Positions 28,912 to 44,782 of a stretch of 64,000 nucleotides of DNA are shown here, piece after piece. The position numbers and the translations under genes were made by a program. Source of the stretch: Octopus vulgaris (lineage: Eukaryota); NCBI GenBank assembly GCA_951406725.2, contig OX597823.1:106392001-106456000 (forward strand), read 5' to 3'. Each line of letters starts with the position of its first letter. Position 1 is the stretch's first letter. The notes beneath the pieces are model-generated. The model was given only the letters and a program-made list of their open reading frames with translations. It did no database searches and was not told where the DNA came from.

Positions 28912-30334
28912 TTTATACGCATACATTCGTACTTACATGTATACGTTTGTATATATGTTTGCATGTGTACAGCACCATTAGTGACCCATACAAATACGCA
29001 TACAAACACACTCGCACAATCACCCGCTTAATCACTCATAGATCTCTATTTACGTACATATACATGTATGTATATTTTACATAAATATATGCATATTTGC
29101 ATATATATTTGGTGTGTTTGTGTGTGTGTTACATTTTCAGATGTGTACAGGTTCTGTTTTTGTTTTATTTTGTTTGTCTTTTTTTTTGTATTACGGTGGC
29201 TGCTACTTGGTAACACCGAATTACCTCAATGTGATCCTTGTTTCTCCAAACTAAAAATGTGAGTAAAGAAATGAGAAATGGAGTTAAAAAGCAAGATGGC
29301 GGAAATGCTGTAAAAACTGTAAGACAAAACTCTTTAACATGGCTTTGATTTGTGAATGTATAACCACCAAAACTTTGGTTTTATTTATTGCTGATAATTA
29401 TTGTTGTTGATGATAGTGGTGGGGATTATTTTAATGAAATAATTGTAGTTGTGTTTATTGTAGTTGCATGGTAAGTCTTGTGTCGCTGGTGTTTATTACG
29501 TTGCTGGTCGTAGTAGTTGTATTAGTAGTGGTAGTAGTTGTTTCACTAGTGATGGTGGTGGTGGTGATGCTGGTTGTAATTTGAAGATGTTAATGGTCGT
29601 GGTCGATGTGTTTGTATAGGTGGTGTTGCTAATAGTTCTGGTAGTGGTCGTCCTGCCGGTAGTGGTCATTGTGTTGGTGACGGTTGTATTGGAGATGGTT
29701 GTGGTGGATAGTGTGGTAGTGGTGGTGGTGGTGGGGTTGTTGTTGTTGTTGGTGGTGGTGGTAGTTTTGATGTTAATGGATTGATGGAGGCATTGGCAGG
29801 TGGTCATTGTATTGGTGCTTGAAGTAGTGATGATGGTAGTGGTTCTTGATTTCTCGGTTGTGGTCGTCATGCCAGTTGTTGGTGATGGTGTTGGTGTTGG
29901 CCCTTATGAAGTAACTGGTGATGATATCGCGTTAGAGCAGTTGGTACTTGAAATGCTAATGGCGATTGTGCCAGTGCAGATCTTTGTCTCATTGGTATTG
30001 GTTGTGGTATAAAAAGGACAAGAATGTTTTCTGTATTGCTGTAGTTGTCAGTTTTCTTGTTTCACCCCAGTTAAACTATAACCAAACAAAGCTATGTTGG
30101 TGTGTGTACGAGTGATAATGTTATCAATGTTGGTTACCGCAGCAGAAGTCCAAGTATCAATAATTATGAAAGAGCATCCAGCATAGGAATGGAGGATAAA
30201 TAATTTATTAGACACTATTAGATACTAATAGGCAGAAGTTTTGCGACTTCGAAGTTCCACCAACAACGAATAAAGAGAAGAAATAATAAAGACGAACCAT
30301 TGGCGTCGAATCTGACGTCACCCATAATTATAAT

Positions 30335-31014
30335 ATTTTGGGGGAGAGGACTAGTCGTTTACATCGAACCCAAAATTCAATTGGTATTTATTTTATCGAC
30401 CGCTCAAGGAGGAAAGGAAAAGTCAACCTTGGCGGAATTTGAACTCAGAATTTCAAGACGGACGAAATGTTGCTAAGCATTTAGCCTAGTGTGCTAACAA
30501 TTCCGCTAGCACACCGACTTAAAAGGATTAAAGGTCGTTCCCGAGCCATAGGGTCGTAAACATGGTTTCCCGGATTCTGTGGTGTCCCACCTAGATGATG
30601 GGACACTGGTCCATCGCAGTAATACTCAATTTTATCAGCTGAGTGAACTGGAGCGACGTGAAATGAAAATGCCAACTCAGCGCTCGATCCAGGAATCAAA
30701 AGCACAATCTTAACGATCATAAGTGCAACGCTCTAACCACGAAGCCAATCGCCTCCGTAAAACAACAACAACAACAACAATAATAATAATAATGTTTTCA
30801 AATTTAGCCACAACGGCAGCTTTGGGTTTTTTTTTAGGGGGGGGGGTGAGTCGATTACATCGACCCCAGTATTCAACTAATACTTAATTTATCGACACCG
30901 AAACGATGAAAAACAAAGTCGACTTCGGCGGAATTTGAACTCAGAACGTAGCGACGGTCTAAATACCGCTAAGCATTTCGTCCAGCGTGCTAATGATTCT
31001 GCCGACTCACCGCT

Positions 31015-31015
<1 letters not shown>
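30335..31015 (-). mobile_element. SINE cluster: family A (30335-30515), family D (30520-30757), family A (30795-31015)
   Basis: ggcggaatttgaactcagaa and gctaagcattt in the A copies. The D head is ggaggcgattggcttcgtggttagagcg on the minus strand. Confidence 0.8.
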
Positions 31016-31086
<71 letters not shown>

Positions 31087-31251
31087 GGCGCAGGAGTGGC
31101 TGTGTGGTAAGTAGCTTGCTAACCAACCACATGGTTCCGGGTTCAGTCCCACTGCGTGGCATCTTGGGCAAGTGTCTTCTGCTATAGCCCCGGGCCGACC
31201 AATGCCTTGTGAGTGGATTTGGTAGACGGAAACTCAAAGAAGCCTGTCGTA

Positions 31252-31302
<51 letters not shown>

Positions 31303-31515
31303 TTGTCTGTGTTTGTCCCCCTAGCATTGCTTGACAACCGATGCTGGTGTGTTTACGTCCCCGTCACTTAGCGGTTCGGCAAAAGAAACCGATAGAATAA
31401 GTACTGGGTTTACAAAGAATAAGTTCTGGGGTAGATTTGCTCGACTAAAGGCGGTGCTCCAGCATGGCCGCAGTCAAATGACTGAAGCAAGTAAAAGAGT
31501 AAAAGAGTAAGGAGA

Positions 31516-31516
<1 letters not shown>
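31087..31516 (+). mobile_element. SINE family B, full length, inserted in (TAA)n
   Basis: Near-consensus copy with AAT arrays on both sides. Confidence 0.93.
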
Positions 31517-31579
<63 letters not shown>

Positions 31580-31581
<2 letters not shown>

Positions 31582-31959
31582 GTGGCTGACGATATGTGCA
31601 TCTCTGATCATGAGCAGAAGTAGTGGGGGAGCATCATAGCCATGTGTTGAGAAGGATTCTTTGGGGTTTGAATAATTCACCTCTGGAAACATGGGTGTTT
31701 CGTTCAACGTCCTTAAACAACCCTTATTCAGGGACCTTTTGAGCGGGATGGGTTACTCGATCTGAAGAAAATTCTAACTGGGCTCCACCTGCAAGGTCAT
31801 GTGCTGTTTATCTTGATATGAGATCACCATGTCGCGCACATATGGTTGTGATGCATGTGCCTAGTGTACCCTTATCAGACGGGTTGTCATGATGGGTATA
31901 TTGGGCTTCGTATATTTTACCCAAGTGTCACTTTGATGGCATGCTCTGCTCGCTCACTC

Positions 31960-31960
<1 letters not shown>
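31580..31960 (+). mobile_element. (TAA)n-flanked non-coding element, 3' part
   Basis: Begins with the sequence that ends 14005-14208 and terminates ctcgctcactc-(AAT)n. Confidence 0.6.
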
Positions 31961-32001
<41 letters not shown>

Positions 32002-32049
32002 CACGGCAGGTTTTGAAATCAGAATATAAAGAGCCACAATAAAGCTATG

Positions 32050-32222
32050 TCTATGTGTGTGTGAGTGTGTGTGTGTGTTTGTGTTTTGTTGTTTGTCCCC
32101 CAACATCGCTTGACAACCGATGCTGGTGTGTTTACGTCCCCGTAACCTAGCGATTCGGCAATACAGACCGATAGAATAAGTACTAGGTTTACAAAGTATA
32201 AAACCTGGGGTCTATTTGCTCG
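32050..32222 (+). mobile_element. SINE family B 3' half, truncated by a Helitron
   Basis: tttgtccccc..gcttgacaaccgatgctggtgtgtttacgtcccc..tttgctcga. Confidence 0.85.
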
Positions 32223-32225
32223 ATA

Positions 32226-32620
32226 CTAGCAGTATCGCCCGGCGTTGCTCAGGTTTGTAAAGGAAATAATTATATAAGCATTTTTAGAGAGTTATAGCCA
32301 AAAAATAGCAAAAACATGCATTAAAAATGGGAAAAAAAATGATGGTAAATTTTTTTTAAATCGTTGACTCATCGTAGACATTTTTAAAGAGTTACCTCCC
32401 TTATATAATAGCGAAAAAATGCATTAAAATGGAAAAAAATGATAGTAATGTTTTTTTAAATCGTAGACTCATCGTAGACGCGCGCTAATACCCAGAAGGG
32501 CTCGATATGAATCACGAGTATAAGATACCCGGTTTTGGTTAAACTGCACCGCAAAATATGGGAGTAGTTAGGAATCTAAATCGTAGGAGACTGCCACACA
32601 ACTTCTCATATATATATATA
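32226..32620 (-). mobile_element. Non-autonomous Helitron
   Basis: Minus-strand 3' end has a GC-rich hairpin cctgagcaacgccggg a short distance before the terminal CTAG, followed by T. Internal duplicated block (aatgcattaaaatgg..tttttaaatcgt.gactcatcgtagac twice). Confidence 0.7.
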
Positions 32621-32621
32621 T

Positions 32622-33250
32622 ATACGAGTTAAGTAAAAAAAAACATACGCACTTTCGTCATAACATATCTTTATTATTGTCACACTGCCTTCTGCGCATG
32701 CGTGCATATAGTTGGTATTATTGTGGTCACATGATCGAAGTTTGAATCTGATCCCGCCATTTTTCTTTCTGGTTTTACAGTGTAAGCCATGGCCTCTCCA
32801 CTAGCAATGAGCACCAAAGCGGAACAAAGAGCAGTGATCAGATTTCTCAGGTCAGATGGTGTATCAGGTACTCAAATTCATCGGAGGACAGTGCACTGCC
32901 GCGCAGAAGTGTGTATGAGTGGACTGAGAAGTTTAAAAGTGGCCGGACAATAGTGACACACGAAGAGGAAGCAGATCGCCCGTCAACCTCCACCGCTGAC
33001 GAGAAGAAGATTCAGCAAGCTCTAGAGATGGTGAACCGTTTCACCTTTACCATCTCTCGGATCACTGCCCTTTGTACTTCATTGGTGCACATTGCTGTAA
33101 CATCGGAAAGAAAATGGCGCGATCAGGCTCAAACTTCGATCACGTGACCACAATAGTACCAGCTATAAGCGCACATGCACTGAAGGCGGTGTGACAATAA
33201 TAGAGATATTTTATAGCAAAAGCGCAAATAATTTTTGCCTTCCCTTCGTA
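32622..33250. mobile_element. Mariner-derived fold-back element (two 5' ends in inverted orientation)
   Basis: TACGAG...CTTCGTA termini and inverted arms of about 220 bp. Transposase N-terminus TKAEQRAVIRFL..VYEWTEKFKSGRT..RPSTS. Confidence 0.85.
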
Positions 33251-33461
33251 TACACACACGCACACACGTATATATGAATGTATGTATATATACACATATA
33301 CATTTATATATGTATATATATATATATATTTATATATACATATATATAAGCATATATATATACCGACATATATATACATATATATATATATACATATATA
33401 TGCACATATATATACATATATATGCATACATACATACATATATATACATATATACATATAT

Positions 33462-33524
<63 letters not shown>

Positions 33525-33735
33525 AATATATATATATATGTATGTATATATACATTTTTCCCAAAAATATTCCGTCAAAGTGTTCAGCATATTAAAATAC
33601 CTTTAAAGGTGAAAATTATAAACAATTATAAACAAGAGCAAAAGAATAAAAGAGTTGTATGCCAATATGCTGAGAATAGACTTTAAATCGTCAATCACCA
33701 CATTACAATTTATTGTATGTATATATATATATAAA

Positions 33736-33854
33736 CAGGGTGTCCAAAAGATTTCGCCTGATTCTTATTTTGGAAACTATATAATGCAATTATACAATAA
33801 TACAATAGAATGTACAATAAAATAAAAATCGGGCGAAACTTTCTGGATACCCTG
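33736..33854. mobile_element. Tc1/mariner-type MITE
   Basis: TIRs cagggtgtccaaaagatttcgcctgatt and aatcgggcgaaacttttctggataccctg, with TA on the right. Confidence 0.75.
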
Positions 33855-33975
33855 TATGTAAAATATATGTGTGTATACATGTATGTGAGCATATATATAT
33901 AATATACATACATACAAACTTATATAGTCAGCGTGTGTGTATGTGCGTGTAAAATGTATGTGTGTTTATGTCTAT

Positions 33976-34183
33976 TACTCTTTAATTTTTTTACTTGTTT
34001 CAGTCATTTGACTGTGGCCATGCTGGAGCACCGCCTTTAGTCGATCAAATCGACCCCGGGACTTATTCTTTGTAAGTCCAGTACTTATTCTATCGGTCTC
34101 TTTTGCCGAACCGCTAAGTGACGGGGACATAAACACACCAGCATCGGTTGTCAAGCAATGCTCGGGGGACAAACACAGACACG

Positions 34184-34217
<34 letters not shown>

Positions 34218-34390
34218 AACATATATACGACATGCGTCTTTCAGTTTCCATCTACCAAATCCACTCACAAGGCATTGGTCGGCCCGGGGCTATAGCAGAA
34301 GACACTTGCCCAAGATGCCATGCAGTGGGACTGAACCCGCAACCATGTGGTTGGTTAGCAAGCTACTTACCACACAGCCACTCCTGCGCC
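33976..34390 (-). mobile_element. SINE family B, full length
   Basis: Near-consensus reverse complement. Confidence 0.93.
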
Positions 34391-35083
34391 TATGTATATA
34401 TATATATTTAAAGACTTGCACACTTTCAGTGTTTCTGTCATTGAACTTCAACCGTCGAGGGTTTTTTTTTCCATCACATAAACCCACTACTTATTTCCAT
34501 TCGGTACTCTGCTTATTGCCTTCTATTTGGCATACGGCTCTTTTACACGAACGCTCTAACAAAAACGCCATGTCTGTGTATAATAATACGCCGACTTTGG
34601 CGATAGTTCTGTCAACCGGGAGCTATTCACAAAGTATTTTATAAACTGACACTTTTGTAAGAAACATTTACTCTCAGGTATCAGACGGTGGGAGTGAGCC
34701 TGCAAACAATTGTTTACAATGCGATTTTTTTAACCACACATGTCTTATCACTCTATTTTGATTTTATATTATAATTTCCGAAAATACCATCATTGGTTAT
34801 AAGTCTGCTAGGATGCAAACATTTGTTTGACGCTTTCAGAATCGTAAAAGTGACGTGTGATTGAGTAACTACAAACACGCACAAAGAGTTTTTTTCTCGC
34901 TTTAATATTTTTTCTAAACAACCCGTCTTTGAACGACATTTATGTGTACTCATATACACAGACATACATTGGTATACACACTCGTTGTGTATATGTGGGC
35001 GTGAGTGTATGCTTATATATGCATATTGAAATTCATATTGTTATTTAAATATCTGCATATTTATTCCTGTTACATATCAATAT

Positions 35084-35140
<57 letters not shown>

Positions 35141-35190
35141 GTATATATATACTTATAAATATATATATATATATAAATAAATATATATAT

Positions 35191-35643
<453 letters not shown>

Positions 35644-35684
35644 TTTATAATTATATATGTAGAGGTATGTATCACTATATCTAT

Positions 35685-35880
35685 TTCACTCTCCCTTCAC
35701 TTCCGAAACGTGGAGTAGACGAAACAGGGACAACTGAAGAAGGGGAATGTTCCCTGTGTTGTAAGTCTTGTGCTCTGTTTTTTCGTTGTTTGAAAAAAAA
35801 GTTCGTTTACATGTTTATGTTTTTGTTTTTGTTTCTCATTGTGTTCAACGTTTTTTTTTTTTTTGATGTCCTTACCCATA
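35685..35880 (+). repeat. (TA)n-embedded short element, same family as 2220-2535
   Basis: cttccgaaacgtggagtagac..actgaagaaggggaatgttcc..T-rich tail. Confidence 0.6.
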
Positions 35881-35985
35881 TATGCATGTATATATACATA
35901 TAAATGTATATATGTACATATATTTATATATTATTTTTATTATTATGTGATCGAACGCCACGCATCCTTTTTCAAGTAAGTTTTA

Positions 35986-36094
<109 letters not shown>

Positions 36095-36129
36095 ACATAA
36101 ATACATACATACATATATATATATATTTA

Positions 36130-36350
36130 GTATGTGACCTCGTCTGTATCACTAGCGATTTTTTTCCCTGTCTTCCCTTCTCGGGATCTTTCCTTCTCCT
36201 ATGTTTCCGACGAAGGGCTCCGCTCGAAACGTCAAACCCTCCTTCTTCCCTTCTTTCCTGAGCGTCCAATAATACTTTATTTGTTCCACGTCCTTGCGTT
36301 GTTGTTTTTGTTTTCGTGTTGTTTTTTTGTTTTTGTTTTCGTGTTTGGAT

Positions 36351-36355
<5 letters not shown>
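36130..36355 (+). mobile_element. (TA)n-flanked short element (putative Penelope pLTR/retrozyme-like)
   Basis: Non-coding insert of about 225 bp between TA tracts, carrying a hammerhead motif. Confidence 0.65.
36203..36237 (+). ncRNA. Minimal type I hammerhead-ribozyme-like motif
   Basis: GTTT-CCGACGA-A-GGGC-TCC-GCTC-GAAACGTC-AAAC. Stem I GTTT/AAAC, 4-bp stem II, palindromic ACGT stem III, GUC triplet. Confidence 0.75.
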
Positions 36356-36398
<43 letters not shown>

Positions 36399-36866
36399 CA
36401 TATTTACAAAAACCCATACATATATGTATACAAATACAAACACACATGCGCTCGCATAATTTTTCAAGTAAGAGGACTGACGCTCCTTCGACATTTCGTC
36501 ACAGAAGTCTTCATTGAATGCCCTGAAATGGCCACATTGTCCGAACTTTGAAGTAATTGCCAAATAATTCTTTGTAGGAATAGAATAAATATTTTACTCT
36601 ACTGAAAAGGGGATATTCTCCGATTCAACCTTTCACTTTTTTACGTATTACTATACAAAAGTACTAACATTAATAAATATACTTGTGTGTGTATGTGCAT
36701 GTTTGTGTGTGCGTGTGCGCGTATGTATGTGCGTGTGCGCGTATTTATGTGCGTGTGTGTGCATGTGAGTTCGTGTGTGTTTGTGTGCATATGTATGCGT
36801 GTAAGTAAGTAAATGTGTATGGCGAAAGAAAGAGTCGACGGACAGTTAAATGGCAAGCAAAATAAC

Positions 36867-37192
<326 letters not shown>

Positions 37193-37802
37193 AGTAAGTG
37201 AAAGAAAGAGGTAATGATAGAAAGTTTGATTGAAGCACATTATGACCCTTGTGTCGAATTAAGGTTTAGACCAAGGGAGGCCATAGGGGGATCGACGGAC
37301 ACTCTAGGGTCTGCAAGGAATGATAGCCAAATGGTCGAATGGGAGTCGGTGGGCGAAAGACTAGCTCACCCAGATCAACTGCTTGAAATTTGTAGTCAGC
37401 TCCATGCTCATCCCTCACATTGATATTGCCAATTTCAATAAAAGATATTCCGGTAATATGATGCGTTTTTCACATTTTCTAACTGAAAATAATTTCTTGA
37501 AAATTTAAAGTTTAATACTCTATACTCCTACATATAGTTTTAAATGTAAAAGGTGTGTCATCTTCAATATGATTTCTTAATTAGTCGTACAGGTATAGTT
37601 TAGCTAACATTTTAATTGCCAGCATCAGTACCCCGTACGCATTTAAGATATGGTAGGGTAGGGTATTAAGATGTTTTAAAAGATGCGGAAGGAGAATTGG
37701 CTAAAGGGGGTCGTTGTTCGAAATAGTTTGGTGACCCTTGGTTTACACAAGCTGCTTGTAAACGACAAACTGAATACTATGAGCACGCGTGCACACGCAC
37801 AT

Positions 37803-38167
<365 letters not shown>

Positions 38168-38169
38168 CG

Positions 38170-38375
38170 TGTTTCAGTACGGAATTTTGTCAGTGAACAG
38201 GTCGCAGTCTCCACACGACGAAAATATTTTGGCAAATTAAATTTAAATGTTGAAGTGAATCTAACGGTTTTTGTATTTTTAAATGGCTTATAAACACCTT
38301 CCATGCTGCAATTGTTTTTGTTTCAGCACACGATCTCAGATCAGGTCACTTGCTATGCAAGTACATCTCCGTAAC
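38170..38375. repeat. TA-adjacent dispersed repeat, inverted copy at 49597-49800
   Basis: ttaaatgttgaagtgaa.ctaacggttttt..cacgatctcagatca.gtca.ttgctatgcaagtacatct.cgtaa. Confidence 0.8.
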
Positions 38376-38392
38376 ATATATATATATATATA

Positions 38393-38445
<53 letters not shown>

Positions 38446-38498
38446 TATGTATATATATACATATATATACATATATATATACATATATATCTATATAC

Positions 38499-38691
<193 letters not shown>

Positions 38692-38767
38692 GGAGCTTCT
38701 ACATGACTAGAACTGTTTCATTCGAGTACCTTATTTACTGTGGTTAACCCCGACTCAACCCGGGACC

Positions 38768-38824
<57 letters not shown>

Positions 38825-39703
38825 TTACACCATATACAGGCAAGGAAATGTATGAAGACAGGCTGTGAGGTCGTGAAAACTACAGCGCAACAGGCCATTG
38901 AACTGGCTTAAACAGATTCTGGCGCTTCACTCTTTTTTACTCATTACTCATTACTCATTACTCATTACTCATTCACCGGAAGTGTACTCAATAACGTATA
39001 TATGTATGTATTTATGTGTGTATATGTAAGTGTATATGTATGTATATGTTTCTATACGATTTATTTGACTTTTTTTCCTTTTGAAGAATTAAAGCTGACC
39101 ACTAACCATGCTGCATTGTTCTTTTGTTTCAGTTAAGACAGGTATTAAGGGGCTGTGGTCGGTTTAACCGGTTGATAGGTGTATATAGGCAGTAATGCGC
39201 CCATGGATAACTTCCTTTTGAGTCTTGCGTATGCGTTTCCCTTTAAAATGTAAGTATCTGTGCATCACACTTTTTACACCCAAGTATACAAGTGCGAGTG
39301 TTTCACATTTATGCGAATATGTTCACGCATTCCATATGCGTATATAGATAAGTGCGTACATACATATATATCTATATATTATTGTATGTTTGCATGTGCA
39401 TTTATCTCTCTATATATACATAGATAGATATATGTATACATATACGTAAAACGTATATGTATGCGTATATGGGTATTCATTTGCATATACATATATATAT
39501 ACATACATATAACATATATATATATATATATATATACGTAACACAAATATATGCGTATGTGTGTTTCCATATATTAATAATAAAAATAATAATAATAAAA
39601 ATATCAGTAATATTAGGATGGGATTTATAAACATTTAATGCATCATATATATATATATACATACATATAAACATATACATGTATGTAATTCTTTGGGTGT
39701 GTT

Positions 39704-39772
<69 letters not shown>

Positions 39773-39846
39773 ATGTGTATATATACATATATATACACAT
39801 ATATATGTGTGTGTATGTGTGTGTGTATATATATGTATATATATAT

Positions 39847-39939
<93 letters not shown>

Positions 39940-40274
39940 GTATGCACATATATATCTATTTATGTATTTTGACATGTAACTTGCATGCATGCAGACTTAC
40001 GTGTGTCTGTGTGTGTGTGCGCGTGCACATTTGGAAGTGTCATACTATACAGGTATGTTAGCGTTTCTGAATATAGACGATTAGGCGCAATGATGTGCAT
40101 ATATCATATATTCGATGTGTAGCGATTTGTTTCCGAAGGTATATACATTACACAATCCATGCAAGCATACATACACTTTTATATATAATTATATTTATAT
40201 AGTTTTACATATATATATACAAACATATATATATATATATATACATATTTATATATATACATATACATATGCGT

Positions 40275-40324
<50 letters not shown>

Positions 40325-40325
40325 G

Positions 40326-40365
<40 letters not shown>

Positions 40366-40475
40366 CATGAACATATATATATATGCGTATGTATATGCAC
40401 ACATGTGTATATACAAATATGAACATATGTACATATATACATATAAATAAACACACGTATATGAATCAGTATATT

Positions 40476-40518
<43 letters not shown>

Positions 40519-40659
40519 GTATGTATACGTATATCTATATGTGTGCGTGTGTGTGTGCTTATATATATATGGCATGTGCGTATTTATGAATAATGTTTTT
40601 ATATAACATTCGTATGACTAATATATATATTTATATGTTTATGTGTATACATATACTCA

Positions 40660-40697
<38 letters not shown>

Positions 40698-41133
40698 CTT
40701 CTGTATTTGTGCATGCATGTGGTTAAACGTAAGGGTGTGTATATATCCGCAAATGTAATTAATATAGCGTGACAGTGCTCGTATACATGTAAGCGATTGT
40801 AGGCATGTATTTATGTATATATGCTTTTATACGTGTAGATGTACATAAATATGTACCTGCAAACATGCCATTAAGTGTGTGCAAGCGTCTGCCTCTGTGT
40901 GTGTGTGTTTGTGTGTGTGTACGTGTACGTTTGTGTGTGTGTGTATGCGCGCGCACGTGTGCGTGTCAGCGTTGGGCGATGTACACGGAAGTGAGGAGAA
41001 ACAGTTTTTTTTGTGTGTTTATGGGTGTAGTTACAGCTGTAGAAATGAAGCTAGAGTTATCTGCTGAACGAGCACTTATTTATCCGTGCATATATGCATG
41101 TAGGAACGTGCATGTATATGTATGTATATATAA

Positions 41134-41175
<42 letters not shown>

Positions 41176-41234
41176 TGTTTTTTGTATCGTCTTCTAAATG
41201 TTTCACGTTCTTGTCCCAGTTTGTATTTTTTTAC

Positions 41235-41305
<71 letters not shown>

Positions 41306-41688
41306 CATGTATATATATTTATGTATACATATACATACACATGCATATCTATATGTATGTACGTATGTATGTATGAATTACATATAAGCGGATCGGTATA
41401 TATATGCATATATATGTGTATATATGAATGTATAATGCAAATATGTATGTTTAAATATAATACATACAAATATAATACATACACAAACATAGAGGTACAC
41501 GCATATCAAGATTCCTGTTTTAGTGGCATTTCCTAAATAATAAATCTGATTCGAAAATGTATCTTCCATTTCCATGAGTGAAAGCTACAAAAAGAGTAGA
41601 TACCCGCTTCACTTATTTCGGTTTGATTTTTAAATAGCTTACTGGTGGTTATGTAGCGGGAGGTGCTCCGGAATACGTACATATCTAC

Positions 41689-41735
<47 letters not shown>

Positions 41736-41764
41736 CCTATCTATCTATCTATCTATCTATCTAC

Positions 41765-41902
<138 letters not shown>

Positions 41903-42042
41903 ACCTATCTATCTACCTACTTTTTTCTCTAACTGTCCCTTCTTGTATATACGTATATATTTATGTGTATATATATATATATATGTATATAGTCATGTAT
42001 ATATATTTATACATATGTATGTATATGCACATACACAGACAC

Positions 42043-42084
<42 letters not shown>

Positions 42085-42163
42085 AAGTACGCGTGTAAGT
42101 GTTTATAAATATGAATTTTTATACATACATATAAATATTTAAATACTTATAAATGCATATATA

Positions 42164-42199
<36 letters not shown>

Positions 42200-42210
42200 T
42201 ATAGAGAGAG

Positions 42211-42341
<131 letters not shown>

Positions 42342-43006
42342 CAGATATAAATATATACGTATACATACTCACACAGACACACATGGCCACACACCCCCAC
42401 ATATATACAAACATACATATATTCCTGTTCACTAAACTCACACACAGACACGCACAAACACACACACACACACACACACATGCGTATATATGTGTTATTG
42501 TCTTTATATCTTTATATTCATAGACACGTTACAACTGCATGCAGTGATGTACAAATATACGTATGGGCGTGGCCAAGTAGTGACATGTTCATTAAGATGA
42601 AACTGTCGTTCCTCTATTCTCTCTACAGTAATATCAGTATCCCGAGCGTATGGGCGGTGTAGAAGTTAAGGTCAATATATTATAAGGATTCTAATTCACT
42701 CATACAAAAGCGTACATTCACACAGCCACTTAGAAAAAGTATCCTCATAGGCACCCACCTAACAAACTTATGTTTCATGAGATCATTGTAAAGTTTCACA
42801 ATGTATCGTAGCAATCATACAGACAGTAATATGAATGAATATGCATAATTTTTTTTTCATCATTTTTAATCAGCTGAATGTTACAGGAGTAAAAAATAAA
42901 ATACAAAAATAATTAAAAAACTAACATATAAATGTTTATGTATGAGTTTTATTTATCCTACTTGTTCTATGAACCTTATACAAACATATATATATATAGA
43001 TATGTA

Positions 43007-43394
43007 GGCGCAGGAGTGGCTGTGTGGGAAGTACCTTGCTTACCAACCACATGGTTACGGGTTCAGTCCCGCTGCGTGGCGCCTTTGGCAAGTGTCTACA
43101 TTAGCCTCGGGTCGACCAAAGCATTGTGAGTGGATTTGGTAGACGGAAACTGAAAGAAGCCCATCGTATATATATGTAAATACATATGTTTGTATGTCTG
43201 AGTTTGTCTCCCCAACATCACTTGACAACCGATGCTGGTGTGTTTACGTCCCCGTAACTTAACGGTTCGTTCGGCAAAAGCGACCGATAGAATACGTACT
43301 AGGCTTACAAAGATTAAGTCCTGGGGTCGATTCGTTTCGGCTAAAGGTGTTGCTCCAGCATGGCCGCAGTCAACTGACTGAAACAAATAAAAGA
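43007..43394 (+). mobile_element. SINE family B
   Basis: Diverged full-length consensus match. Confidence 0.9.
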
Positions 43395-43571
43395 ATATAT
43401 ATATATATATATATATAATCAGCCGAAATTACTACGATGATCCGGTTCTTGACTGAAGACTGAGGGTTTCGAATGTCCTGTCCGTGTTTATTGTATCGTC
43501 TTCTAAGAGTTATACGTTCTTGTCCATGTTGTATTTTTCTACATACCTTAATATATATATATATATATATA

Positions 43572-43932
<361 letters not shown>

Positions 43933-44124
43933 ATAAAATCCATATAAGATTTTATCGAGTAGCCAGCGTGTAAACCAATTAAGAAAAAAAAATTAATGCA
44001 AGGTATCTAATTTTTTTACTTTATATAAAAAATACATTATAATATCAAGGGCTATAACTGTGCGTAAAAGCCACACGCTTTCATGGGACCCTAGAGTCAA
44101 ACTACTTCAATAAGTATACATACG

Positions 44125-44180
<56 letters not shown>

Positions 44181-44439
44181 CACGTACACATACACGTATA
44201 ATGTATTGATGTTTCTATGTGTATATATATATAGACACGCACATTTACACAGACACAGACACACGTGCACACACAGAGAAAAACGCACACACATACATCA
44301 CATCGATACACTTGCACGCATTCGCCTTACGTATAAAATCGAATTAACCTGTGTGCTCTGACCGCGTCAGTCGAACCTGCTAGAAATGACAGCGAATTCT
44401 TCTGCTCTCTAAGAGAAAAGTGGGAAAATTATAAATATA

Positions 44440-44667
44440 TTTCTTTACTACCCACAAGGGGCTAAACACAGAAGGGACAAACAAGGACATACAAACGAAT
44501 TAAGTCGATTACATCGACCCCAGTGAACTGGTACTTAATTTATCGATCCCGAAAGGATGAAAGGCAAAGTCGACCTCGGCGGAATTTGAACTCAGAACGT
44601 AGCGGCAGCCAAAATACCGCTAAGCATTTCGCCCGGCGTGCTAACGTTTCTGCCAGCTCGCCGCCTA
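44440..44667 (-). mobile_element. SINE family A, near-consensus
   Basis: ggcggcgagctggcagaaacgttagcacgccgggcgaaatgcttagcgg..GAGTTCAAAT..; tail ccccttgtgggtagtaaagaaat. Confidence 0.92.
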
Positions 44668-44782
44668 TTAATAAATAGTTGGACTTTGGTCATAGCTTTA
44701 ATTGGTAAAGAGTTGCTTAGGTCTAAACAACAACAAAACTTATAACTGAAATGGTGACTATTGATTTTATCGAATGTATATC

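Noticed and set aside
29292-29301. AAGATGGCGG YY1-like promoter motif
   Set aside because: Single short motif without other promoter evidence.
29496-30012. Thr-rich mucin-like ORF
   Set aside because: Degenerate (GGT/GTT) trinucleotide tract with no supporting exon signals.
37512-37668. Small TTAA-bounded inverted-repeat element
   Set aside because: The terminal match is short and imperfect, and there is only one copy in the window.
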